A stretch of DNA of 61,115 bases. Origin: Oscillospiraceae bacterium (GTDB taxonomy: Bacteria; Bacillota; Clostridia; Oscillospirales; Oscillospiraceae). Location: positions 1 through 61,115 of the forward strand of contig JAZSFJ010000102.1 in assembly GCA_045532145.1 (NCBI GenBank), read 5' to 3'. The position numbers were made by a program, and so were the translations under genes. This document shows, piece after piece, positions 27,354-34,503 of this stretch. Position 1 is the stretch's first letter; every line of letters begins with the position of its first letter. The notes under the pieces were generated by a model. The model made no database searches and was not told the DNA's origin. It was given only the letters and a program-made list of their open reading frames with translations.

Positions 27354-28018
27354 ACGGAAAACTATTTGTTCAGGCTATAAGCAAATTCCTGCTTGGCCTT
27401 GTGCTGGTTGGATTGCTGTTATTTCTGCCCGGTGGCTTACACTATCCTCTGGGCTGGCTCTTTATGACCATACTTTTTGCACCTATGTTTATAGCCGGTA
27501 TCGTAATGATGGCAAAGTCGCCCGAACTTCTCCGCAAGAGACTTTCCGCAAAGGAGAAGGAGGGAGAACAGCAGCTTGTAGTAAAGCTCAGCGGACTTAT
27601 GTTTGTTCTCGGCTTTGTGGCTGCAGGACTTGACCACCGTTTTGGCTGGCTGCCCATACCAACATGGATTAGTATTGCTGCGGCGGTGCTGTTCCTCCTG
27701 GCCTATATCCTCTATGCCGAGGTTCTGCGTGAAAATGCCTACCTCTCCCGCATAATCGAGGTGCAGGAAGGCCAGAAGGTTATCGACACGGGTCTTTATG
27801 GCATTGTACGCCATCCCATGTATATGGCGACCCTGCTGCTTTTTCTGAGCATACCTCTTGTTCTGGGCTCTGTGATCTCTCTGATATTCTTCCTTGCCTA
27901 CCCGGCCATTATCATTATGCGCCTGAAAAATGAGGAAGAAGTCCTTGAAGCTGGCCTTGAGGGCTATAGCAAATATAAAAAAAGAGTGAAATACAGACTT
28001 TTGCCTTTTATATGGTAA
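27350..28018 (+). CDS. ICMT/PEMT-like membrane methyltransferase family protein
   Basis: Multi-TM protein with TGLYGIVRHPMYMATLLLFLS...EEEVLEAGLEGYSKYKKRV, typical of the isoprenylcysteine carboxyl methyltransferase-like family. Start uncertain: GTG 27350 gives a GTGA overlap with the upstream stop and has GGAG 9 nt upstream; the track start is 27341. Confidence 0.7.
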   Translation: MNGKLFVQAISKFLLGLVLVGLLLFLPGGLHYPLGWLFMTILFAPMFIAGIVMMAKSPELLRKRLSAKEKEGEQQLVVKLSGLMFVLGFVAAGLDHRFGWLPIPTWISIAAAVLFLLAYILYAEVLRENAYLSRIIEVQEGQKVIDTGLYGIVRHPMYMATLLLFLSIPLVLGSVISLIFFLAYPAIIIMRLKNEEEVLEAGLEGYSKYKKRVKYRLLPFIW

Positions 28019-28031
28019 TATATATGGTGAT

Positions 28032-28068
28032 AAAAAAACCCCTTGAGCTTCTGCTCAAGGGGTTTTTT
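28032..28068. terminator. Bidirectional rho-independent terminator
   Basis: Perfect 10-bp stem CCCCTTGAGC-ttct-GCTCAAGGGG flanked by A7 and T6. Confidence 0.85.
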
Positions 28069-28121
28069 CTGACTGTCAAAAATAGTGGTTATGTCACATT
28101 TTTGACACTATAAAACTATTA

Positions 28122-29522
28122 TCAGAAGGTGAGGATGCCGAGGGCCTGCAGAAGAAGAATGAGAAGCAGGACGGGGGCAATTACCTTGACCATAACGGAG
28201 TAGAGACCGGCGCGGGCAAACTTGCGGCCGCCAAGGGTGACTTCGTCGATGATGGCCTTGGGCTTGAGCACCCAGCCGATGAGCAGGCAGGTAGCAATGG
28301 CCACAACAGGCATGAGGACGTAGTTGCTGACATAGTCCAGAACGTCAAGTACCTGGCCGACGCTGCCGTTGGGCAGAGCGAGCTCAAAGTAAAGAACATT
28401 GTAGCCAAGGCAAACGATGAGGCCAACAACCAGAGTGAAAATAGTGGCAACGATGGTGGCCTTCTTGCGCTCCCACTTGAACTTGTCCATGAGACTGGAA
28501 ACAATGGCCTCAAGAAGGGAGACGGAGGAGGTCAGAGCAGCGAAGGCAACGGTGACAAAGAAGATGATGCCAACGATGTCGCCTGCAAAGCCCATAGCCT
28601 CGAAAACCTTGGGCAGGGAGATGAACATGAGGCTGGGGCCTGCAGACATGCCCTCGGTGCCCATGAAGGTGTAAACGGCGGGAACGATCATGAGACCGGC
28701 CAGGAAAGCAACCAGAGTATCGAAGAACTCGATGCGGTTGACGCTCTGAACGAGGTTGGTCTCCTTCTTGACATAGGAGCCGTAGGTGATCATGATACCC
28801 ATGGCAACAGAGATGGAGTAGAAAAGCTGGCCCATGGCGTCGGTGAGGATGACCATGAACTTGTTGAAGGTGAGGCCCTCAAAGTTGGGAACGATGTAGA
28901 CCAGAAGACCCTGTATACCGGTGCGGGTAACGCCGCTTTCGTCGGTGTGGCTGAGGGTGAGGGAGAAGATAGAGATAGCGATGATCATCACCAGCAGTAT
29001 GGGCATGAGCACCTTGGAAAGACGCTCAACGCCGCTGTTAACGCCCTTGTAAACAACAATGGCGGTAGCTGCCAGATAGATGACAAACCAAATCATGGGA
29101 CCCCACTGGCTGGTTATAAAGCCGGTGAAATAGCCGTCTGCAACGGCGTCACTGCCGCTGAAGGTGATGTAGGTTGCAAGATACTTCAGGACCCAGCCGC
29201 CGATAGCGCTGTAGTAGGGAATAATCATCATGGGGATGATGCAGGCGATGATACCAAGCCAGCCCCAGTTCTTGTTAAGTACCTTGTAAGCGGTGAGAGG
29301 GCTCTGACCGGTCTTGCGTCCGATGGCGACCTCGGAGGTCAGCAGGGCGAAGCCGAAGGTGAGCACCAGCACAAGATAAACGACAAGGAAAAGACCGCCG
29401 CCGTCCTTGGCAGCCAGATAGGGGAAGCGCCAGATGTTGCCGAGACCGACAGCGCTTCCGGCTGCAGCAAGAACAAAGCCGATGGAGCCTGTAAACTTGC
29501 CTCTCGTAGATTTGTTTTCCAT
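28122..29522 (-). CDS. Sodium-dependent transporter, neurotransmitter:sodium symporter (NSS/SNF) family
   Basis: GLGNIWRFPYLAAKDGGG motif. Start at ATG 29522 (MENKSTRG) with GAGGAGG upstream. Confidence 0.88.
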   Translation of the reverse strand: MENKSTRGKFTGSIGFVLAAAGSAVGLGNIWRFPYLAAKDGGGLFLVVYLVLVLTFGFALLTSEVAIGRKTGQSPLTAYKVLNKNWGWLGIIACIIPMMIIPYYSAIGGWVLKYLATYITFSGSDAVADGYFTGFITSQWGPMIWFVIYLAATAIVVYKGVNSGVERLSKVLMPILLVMIIAISIFSLTLSHTDESGVTRTGIQGLLVYIVPNFEGLTFNKFMVILTDAMGQLFYSISVAMGIMITYGSYVKKETNLVQSVNRIEFFDTLVAFLAGLMIVPAVYTFMGTEGMSAGPSLMFISLPKVFEAMGFAGDIVGIIFFVTVAFAALTSSVSLLEAIVSSLMDKFKWERKKATIVATIFTLVVGLIVCLGYNVLYFELALPNGSVGQVLDVLDYVSNYVLMPVVAIATCLLIGWVLKPKAIIDEVTLGGRKFARAGLYSVMVKVIAPVLLLILLLQALGILTF

Positions 29523-29646
29523 AATATCCTCCTCTTTCAATATTAAACGAACTTTATCGCTTTAATATGATATTTTATAAGTATAAACCCTTGACTCCTC
29601 AAAGGCAAGAAAAAACTACCTGTTAATTATCAGATTATTAAAAAAA

Positions 29647-29687
29647 AGCCGCCCAAATGCAGCAAATGCAACAAAGGCGGCTTTTTA
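29647..29687 (-). terminator. Terminator-like hairpin after the YczE-like gene
   Basis: AGCCGCC / GGCGGCT stem with a 22-nt loop, flanked by A7 and T5. The large loop lowers confidence. Confidence 0.4.
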
Positions 29688-29697
29688 TAATCAAATA

Positions 29698-30342
29698 TTA
29701 CTTTTTCTTCTCTATGACCAGCGGCTCCATGTTAAGACCGGGGAAATGCTTGTTGAATATACCTATGCATCTGCCCACAAATATGGCGGTGCAGACGGTG
29801 CCGAGACCCACGGAGTGGAGAGTGCCGGTGCAGCTCAGGTCTATGATGACGCTGGTGGTGACCCAGATAATGTCGCCGCAGGTTTTGACCCGGGAGAGTG
29901 GGAGCTTATACACGGCGCTGATTGTGCGCATGAATGCGTCAGGTGCCGGGAGCATAAGGTCCGCGCCCACAATGAGCACAACGCCCAAAGCGGAGACAAT
30001 GATACCGGGCACCAGCAGCACTATGCGCAGCCAAAGCGCACTTACAGTGAAGTCGATGAGGAGCATGCACAGGTCTATAAGGTATCCGAAAGCAATCGCA
30101 AGAGGCAGGGTCAGGATTATCCTTACAGTTGGACGACGGTTCACTACTATCTGGCCAATGACGCAGAGAACGTGAAAGGCTATAGTGACGTTGCCAAGAG
30201 TGAAGGGAGTTACCGTGCTGATGGCGTCGGGGACGGAGCTGATGGGGGAGATGCCCATGTTCAGACGTTTGATAAAGACGAGGCCAACAGCCATCAATAC
30301 AAGGCCCAGAATATACTGGGGTATTCTGCGTTTGAGATTCAT
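29698..30342 (-). CDS. YczE-like small integral membrane protein
   Basis: 214 aa, about 6 TM. N-terminus RIPQYILGLVLMAVGLVFIKRLNMGISPISSVP resembles the YczE/YitT-N family. GGTGGA RBS. Confidence 0.5.
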   Translation of the reverse strand: MNLKRRIPQYILGLVLMAVGLVFIKRLNMGISPISSVPDAISTVTPFTLGNVTIAFHVLCVIGQIVVNRRPTVRIILTLPLAIAFGYLIDLCMLLIDFTVSALWLRIVLLVPGIIVSALGVVLIVGADLMLPAPDAFMRTISAVYKLPLSRVKTCGDIIWVTTSVIIDLSCTGTLHSVGLGTVCTAIFVGRCIGIFNKHFPGLNMEPLVIEKKK

Positions 30343-30411
30343 AATTCCACCGTTTCTTCTTTGATGGAATCATATTACTATATTTTCTCCAAAAATACAA
30401 GAAAAGTGCTC

Positions 30412-30663
30412 TTATTTTCCCTTGTATTTTACTCTGGTGGCCTCTCCGCCCCGTAGATGACGCTCTGCCTTGTTCTGCTCCAGGACGGCTCTTGCCTGTA
30501 TGTAAAGGGCTTTGTTCAATATTTTGAGCCTCTCGGTGAGGTCCTTGTGTACAGTGGATTTGCTCACGCCGAACTTTTTAGCCGCGGAACGGACCGTGGC
30601 TCCGTTTTCCACAATGTACTGGGCCAGCAGCACGCAGCGCTGCTCTATGTCGGTATTCACATT
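30412..30663 (-). CDS. spoIIID: Stage III sporulation transcriptional regulator SpoIIID
   Basis: FGVSKSTVHKDLTERL and HLRGGEATR motifs are nearly identical to B. subtilis SpoIIID. Start probably at GTG 30663 (GGAG 8 nt upstream, alignment with B. subtilis); the track start is 30669. Confidence 0.92.
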   Translation of the reverse strand, partial: NVNTDIEQRCVLLAQYIVENGATVRSAAKKFGVSKSTVHKDLTERLKILNKALYIQARAVLEQNKAERHLRGGEATRVKYKGK

Positions 30664-30690
30664 GACCACTCCAAACTGTTTTGCTAATGG

Positions 30691-30719
30691 AGTATATGCG
30701 AATAGCCCTTAAACTATGA
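30691..30719 (-). promoter_or_regulatory. SigE-like promoter candidate for spoIIID (TCATAGT-N14-CATATACT)
   Basis: Compared by eye with the B. subtilis SigE consensus as I recall it (-35 xxATAxx, 14-nt spacer, -10 CATACAxT). The -10 matches 7 of 8 positions. Confidence 0.4.
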
Positions 30720-30720
30720 A

Positions 30721-30770
30721 AGACACAAGCATCGCCCTCCCTTAGGAAAGAGAGGGCGATCTTTGTGTCT
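30721..30770 (-). terminator. Terminator hairpin after the paaK-ACT operon
   Basis: AGACACAAGCATCGCCCTC / GAGGGCGATCTTTGTGTCT, 9+8 bp with a 2-nt internal mismatch, starting right after the ACT gene stop codon. Confidence 0.6.
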
Positions 30771-30771
30771 T

Positions 30772-31206
30772 TTACAAAGCTTCTATATCTTCCTGATCAA
30801 GGATGCTGATACCCTTAGCAGCCAGAATGGCGGCGGCTTTGGGTGCGTCGGCGGTTTTCAGGATCATGTAAGCGTGATCAGCTTCAGGACCGCCCAGGAA
30901 TGCGTACATGTAATCAACATTCATTCCTGCTTCTCCCAGAATTGAGAGAACCTGACCAAGTCCGCCGGGATTATCGGGGATGGCGGCGGCTACCACAGGG
31001 GTGACAGTACAGACAAAACCAGCATCTTTCAGGGCGTGTGTGGCATCATATAGCTTATCAACGATAATCCTTGCAATTCCGAAGTCGCTGGCCTCAGCCA
31101 GGGACAGGGCGCGCATATCAATGTGGCCTGCGGATAAAACTTCGCACATGGATTTGAGGGCGTTGGGCTGATTCTCAAGAAAAACGGAGATCTGTTTTAT
31201 ACTCAT
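30772..31206 (-). CDS. ACT domain-containing protein
   Basis: 144 aa. ISVFLENQPNAL...GIARIIV pattern, tandem ACT. This is the usual partner downstream of anaerobic phenylacetate-CoA ligase genes. Confidence 0.8.
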   Translation of the reverse strand: MSIKQISVFLENQPNALKSMCEVLSAGHIDMRALSLAEASDFGIARIIVDKLYDATHALKDAGFVCTVTPVVAAAIPDNPGGLGQVLSILGEAGMNVDYMYAFLGGPEADHAYMILKTADAPKAAAILAAKGISILDQEDIEAL

Positions 31207-31220
31207 TTTCCCTACCTCCT

Positions 31221-32522
31221 TTATATTTTGCGCTTGTCGATAACGCGGACAGCCTTGCCTTCGCTGCGGGTGATGCTCTTGGGGGCAACAAGGCTTATCT
31301 TTGCGCCTATGCCCAGCATACTGCGCAGGTCGGAGACCAGCTCGTTCTGCATACGGGAAATCTTGCCCATATCGTCGGTGAACATCTCAGGAGTCATTTC
31401 CACCTTGATGTCGAAGGTGTCAACGTTCTTCACGCGGTCAACGATAATCTGATAGTTGGGGCTGTAGCCGCGGTTAAGCAGCACGGTCTCTATCTGGCTG
31501 GGGAATACGTTTACGCCGCGGATGATGAGCATATCGTCGCTGCGGCCCATAGGCTTTGCCATACGCACATGGGTGCGGCCGCAGGAGCAGGGCTCGTAGT
31601 TCAGCTGGCAAATGTCACGGGTGCGGTAGCGGAGCAGGGGGAAGGCCTCCTTGGTTAGGGAGGTGAAAACAAGCTCGCCCTTGCTTCCCTCGGGAAGGAC
31701 CTCTCCGGTGTTGGGGTCGATAATTTCGGCGTAGAAATGGTCCCCGTTTATGTGCATGCCGCTCTGGGCGGAACACTCGAAGCTGACGCCGGGGCCGCTA
31801 AGCTCGGTGAGACCGTAAATGTCATAAGCCTTGATGCCCATGGTGTTCTGAATTTCCTGACGCATTTCTTCGCTCCATGCCTCAGCGCCGAAGATACCGG
31901 CTTTCAGAGGAATGTCATCGGGGCCCAGACCCATTTTCTTCATAGTCTCGGCCAGATATGCGGCGTAGGAGGGAGTGCAGCAGATGATGCTGGCCTGCAG
32001 GTCCTGAATGAACATTATCTGGCGCTCGGTGTTGCCGGAGGAGGCGGGAATGGTGAGACAGCCAACCTTGTGACTGCCGCCGTCAAGGCCAGCGCCGCCG
32101 GTGAAAAGACCGTAGCCGTAAGCCACCTGAACCACATCGTCCTTTGTGCCGCCGGCGGCGGTTATGGCGCGGGCGCAGCAATCGTACCAGAGGTCTATAT
32201 CGTGCTGGGTGTAGAATGCCACAACTCTCTTGCCGGTGGTGCCGGAGGTGGAGTGGATGCGCACGCACTCGCTGAGGGGCTTGCCCATGAGGCCATAGGG
32301 ATATGCTTCGCGCAAATCCGCCTTGGTTATAAAGGGCAGCTTGTGCAAATCGGCAATGCCCTTGATGTCATCGGGAGTAAGGCCCTTTTCTTCCATCTTT
32401 TTGCGGTAGTAGGGCACATTGTCCCAAACGTGCTTCACTTGCTTTACGAGGCGCTCATCCTGCATGGCGCGAATTTCCTCACGGGAGGCGCACTCGATTT
32501 CCGGCTGATAGTAGCGTTCCAT
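31221..32522 (-). CDS. paaK: Phenylacetate-CoA ligase family (aryl-acetate--CoA ligase)
   Basis: 433 aa. MERYYQPEIE..REEI..Q..RL N-terminus and STSGTTGKRVV AMP-binding motif. Confidence 0.88.
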   Translation of the reverse strand: MERYYQPEIECASREEIRAMQDERLVKQVKHVWDNVPYYRKKMEEKGLTPDDIKGIADLHKLPFITKADLREAYPYGLMGKPLSECVRIHSTSGTTGKRVVAFYTQHDIDLWYDCCARAITAAGGTKDDVVQVAYGYGLFTGGAGLDGGSHKVGCLTIPASSGNTERQIMFIQDLQASIICCTPSYAAYLAETMKKMGLGPDDIPLKAGIFGAEAWSEEMRQEIQNTMGIKAYDIYGLTELSGPGVSFECSAQSGMHINGDHFYAEIIDPNTGEVLPEGSKGELVFTSLTKEAFPLLRYRTRDICQLNYEPCSCGRTHVRMAKPMGRSDDMLIIRGVNVFPSQIETVLLNRGYSPNYQIIVDRVKNVDTFDIKVEMTPEMFTDDMGKISRMQNELVSDLRSMLGIGAKISLVAPKSITRSEGKAVRVIDKRKI

Positions 32523-32616
32523 ATGTATCTTTGTCCCTTCTGTCTGCGGATTTCCTAATGACTTACCAAAAGAAGTTGTGCTTATTATAGGATATTAAAT
32601 CAGGAATTGCAAATAT

Positions 32617-32633
32617 ATTATTTCCATGATAAT
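32617..32633. promoter_or_regulatory. Candidate LysR-type (T-N11-A-like) dyad ATTAT-N7-ATAAT
   Basis: Inverted repeat in the 146-bp divergent paaK/lysR intergenic region. Confidence 0.25.
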
Positions 32634-32668
32634 ATAAGAAAAACTTATGTTATCGGGGGCGTCGAGCC

Positions 32669-33562
32669 ATGAATCTGAATCAGCTTCGATATTTTGTCAC
32701 CTTGGCGGAAACGGAGAGCTTTACAAAGGCTGCCGTTGCCCATTATATATCTCAAACGGCCATCACTCAGCAGATACGCACTTTAGAGGAAGCGGTGGGG
32801 GCGAAACTTGTGAACAGGGAGAGCCGTCCTGTGTCCCTGACTCCGGCGGGAAGAGTGTTTCTCAAAGAGGCCCGTGAAATTCTGGAACGTATGGACACCG
32901 CCCTCTGGCGAACACGCGAGGCCTCAACAGGACTTGAGGGCAGCTTGCGTATTGGCTACACAAAGGGCTATGAACACAGCGACCTTTCAAGCTACCTGAG
33001 AGTATTCCACAGGCAGTATCCCAATGTGCTCCTGTCCTGTTATCGCAGGGACACGGACGCCCTGGCGGCTGGCCTTGTCAACGGTGAATACGATATTATC
33101 TTCACATGGGACAGTACCAACATCCGTCAGGAAGAAAATCTGCAGCTGCGGGTCTTTGAACATGTTCCACTGAGGGTAGCTCTTTATCCAAACCACCGCC
33201 TTGCCCGGAGAAAGGAACTGAGCCGCCGTGACCTGAAGCAGGAAAATATTCTTTTCATGTCTCCCTCCGGTACAGGCGACTCCTTCGGCGACGCTTACTA
33301 TATCCAGCTCTATCAGCAGGCAGGCTATCAGCCCAAGATTCTGCTGCGCTCCAGCGATATGGAGAGCATACTGATGATGGTGGCTGCAGAGGAGGGTATC
33401 TCCATCGTGCCGGAATACTCCCATCCCTGGGAGATAGGCACGGACAATGTTATCTTCGTCCCCCTTGTTGGCGAGGGGGAAACGGAAGAAATACTGGTGG
33501 CCTGGAGAAAGAACGACGATAACCCGGCTTTGGAGCATTTTATAGATAAATTGGGTGAATAA
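32669..33562 (+). CDS. LysR-family transcriptional regulator
   Basis: MNLNQLRYFVTLAETESFTKAA HTH_1 N-terminus. 297 aa. Confidence 0.9.
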   Translation: MNLNQLRYFVTLAETESFTKAAVAHYISQTAITQQIRTLEEAVGAKLVNRESRPVSLTPAGRVFLKEAREILERMDTALWRTREASTGLEGSLRIGYTKGYEHSDLSSYLRVFHRQYPNVLLSCYRRDTDALAAGLVNGEYDIIFTWDSTNIRQEENLQLRVFEHVPLRVALYPNHRLARRKELSRRDLKQENILFMSPSGTGDSFGDAYYIQLYQQAGYQPKILLRSSDMESILMMVAAEEGISIVPEYSHPWEIGTDNVIFVPLVGEGETEEILVAWRKNDDNPALEHFIDKLGE

Positions 33563-33579
33563 ATAATGTTTCAGGATTT

Positions 33580-33860
33580 GTAGGTAACGGCGTCCTCGAC
33601 GGTCCGGCGGTGCTGGCAATAAGTAAATGCAAGTCCTGGGCGAATGCGCTTGTGTTTGGTTATATGGCCGTAGGGGCGACCATCGGTCGTCCGGCGGCAG
33701 GCATTGGAAGATTATTTGCGTCCTTGGCGAATTCGTGGCTGCTTATCGGACGAGCGATGCTTGCCCCTACGGTTGGGTCCGGGAAAAAGTGTGTTCGGCG
33801 GGATTGCTGAGGGTACTTGATGTCTGCATGCGTCCGACGAGGACGCGGTCCCTATGGACG
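33580..33860. repeat. Cluster of four GC-rich hairpin repeat units in nested inverted orientation (A 33580-33610, B 33668-33697, C 33747-33772, D 33831-33860)
   Basis: B (CCGTAGGGGCGACCATCGGTCGTCCG) matches the reverse complement of C at 23/26 positions. A and the reverse complement of D share the core CGTCCTCG(A/T)CGG. Each unit is itself an imperfect hairpin. Related units occur at 50.4-50.6 kb. Confidence 0.7.
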
Positions 33861-33887
33861 ATTTGTTATGAGCTTCATTAAAACCTT

Positions 33888-33922
33888 AAAAAAGGGGCAG
33901 ACCTATGGTCTGCCCCTTTTTT
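33888..33922. terminator. Bidirectional rho-independent terminator
   Basis: Perfect 10-bp stem GGGGCAGACC-tat-GGTCTGCCCC flanked by A6 and T6, 2 nt from the iorB stop. Confidence 0.85.
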
Positions 33923-33924
33923 GT

Positions 33925-34497
33925 TTATGCCTTCCTGCCCATAGCAAAGGCTTTTTTGTTCAGTTCAAGGAATTTTGCGGGCACAACGGCTTCGAGAGCG
34001 CGGAGCCATGCTTCCTCGGGGAGGTCAAAATAGGTGGAGAGACGACCCATGAGGACTATGTTAACGGCCTTCACGCTGCCCGCTTCCTGAGCCAGAGCGA
34101 GACAGTCCAGAGCGTCCACCTTTACGCCCAGAGCGGACATTTTTTCTACAAGCTCTGTGGGGTACTGTGCGGCTCCGGTGATTACGGGCATGGGCTCTAT
34201 CTTCTGGGTGTTGGTGACAATCTGACCATCGGGAGCGAGAAAGCTCAGCCATCTGGCGGCCTCAAGAAGCTCAAAGGAGACTATGTAGTCCGCCTCGCCC
34301 TCGTCGATAACGGGGGAGGCCACGCAGTCGCCGTAACGAACGTATGTAACAACGCTGCCGCCGCGCTGGCTCATGCCGTGGACCTCGCTGACCTTCACGT
34401 CATAGCCTTCCTGAATAAGGAGCTGGCCAAGAAGCTTGCTGGCAAGCAAACTGCCCTGTCCGCCAACGCCCACTATCATTATATTTTTGGTTTTCAT
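33925..34497 (-). CDS. iorB: Indolepyruvate ferredoxin oxidoreductase subunit beta
   Basis: 190 aa. NIMIVGVGGQGSLLASKLLG N-terminus. Follows iorA. Confidence 0.88.
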   Translation of the reverse strand: MKTKNIMIVGVGGQGSLLASKLLGQLLIQEGYDVKVSEVHGMSQRGGSVVTYVRYGDCVASPVIDEGEADYIVSFELLEAARWLSFLAPDGQIVTNTQKIEPMPVITGAAQYPTELVEKMSALGVKVDALDCLALAQEAGSVKAVNIVLMGRLSTYFDLPEEAWLRALEAVVPAKFLELNKKAFAMGRKA

Positions 34498-34503
34498 TGG
34501 CTC

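Noticed and set aside
33610-33881. Short + strand ORFs (66 and 84 aa) in the lysR-iorB gap
   Set aside because: They simply translate the GC-rich hairpin repeats (..VGATIGRPAAG.., ..MLAPTVG..). They have no RBS. The same kind of pseudo-peptide arises at 50551-50766 from the related repeats.
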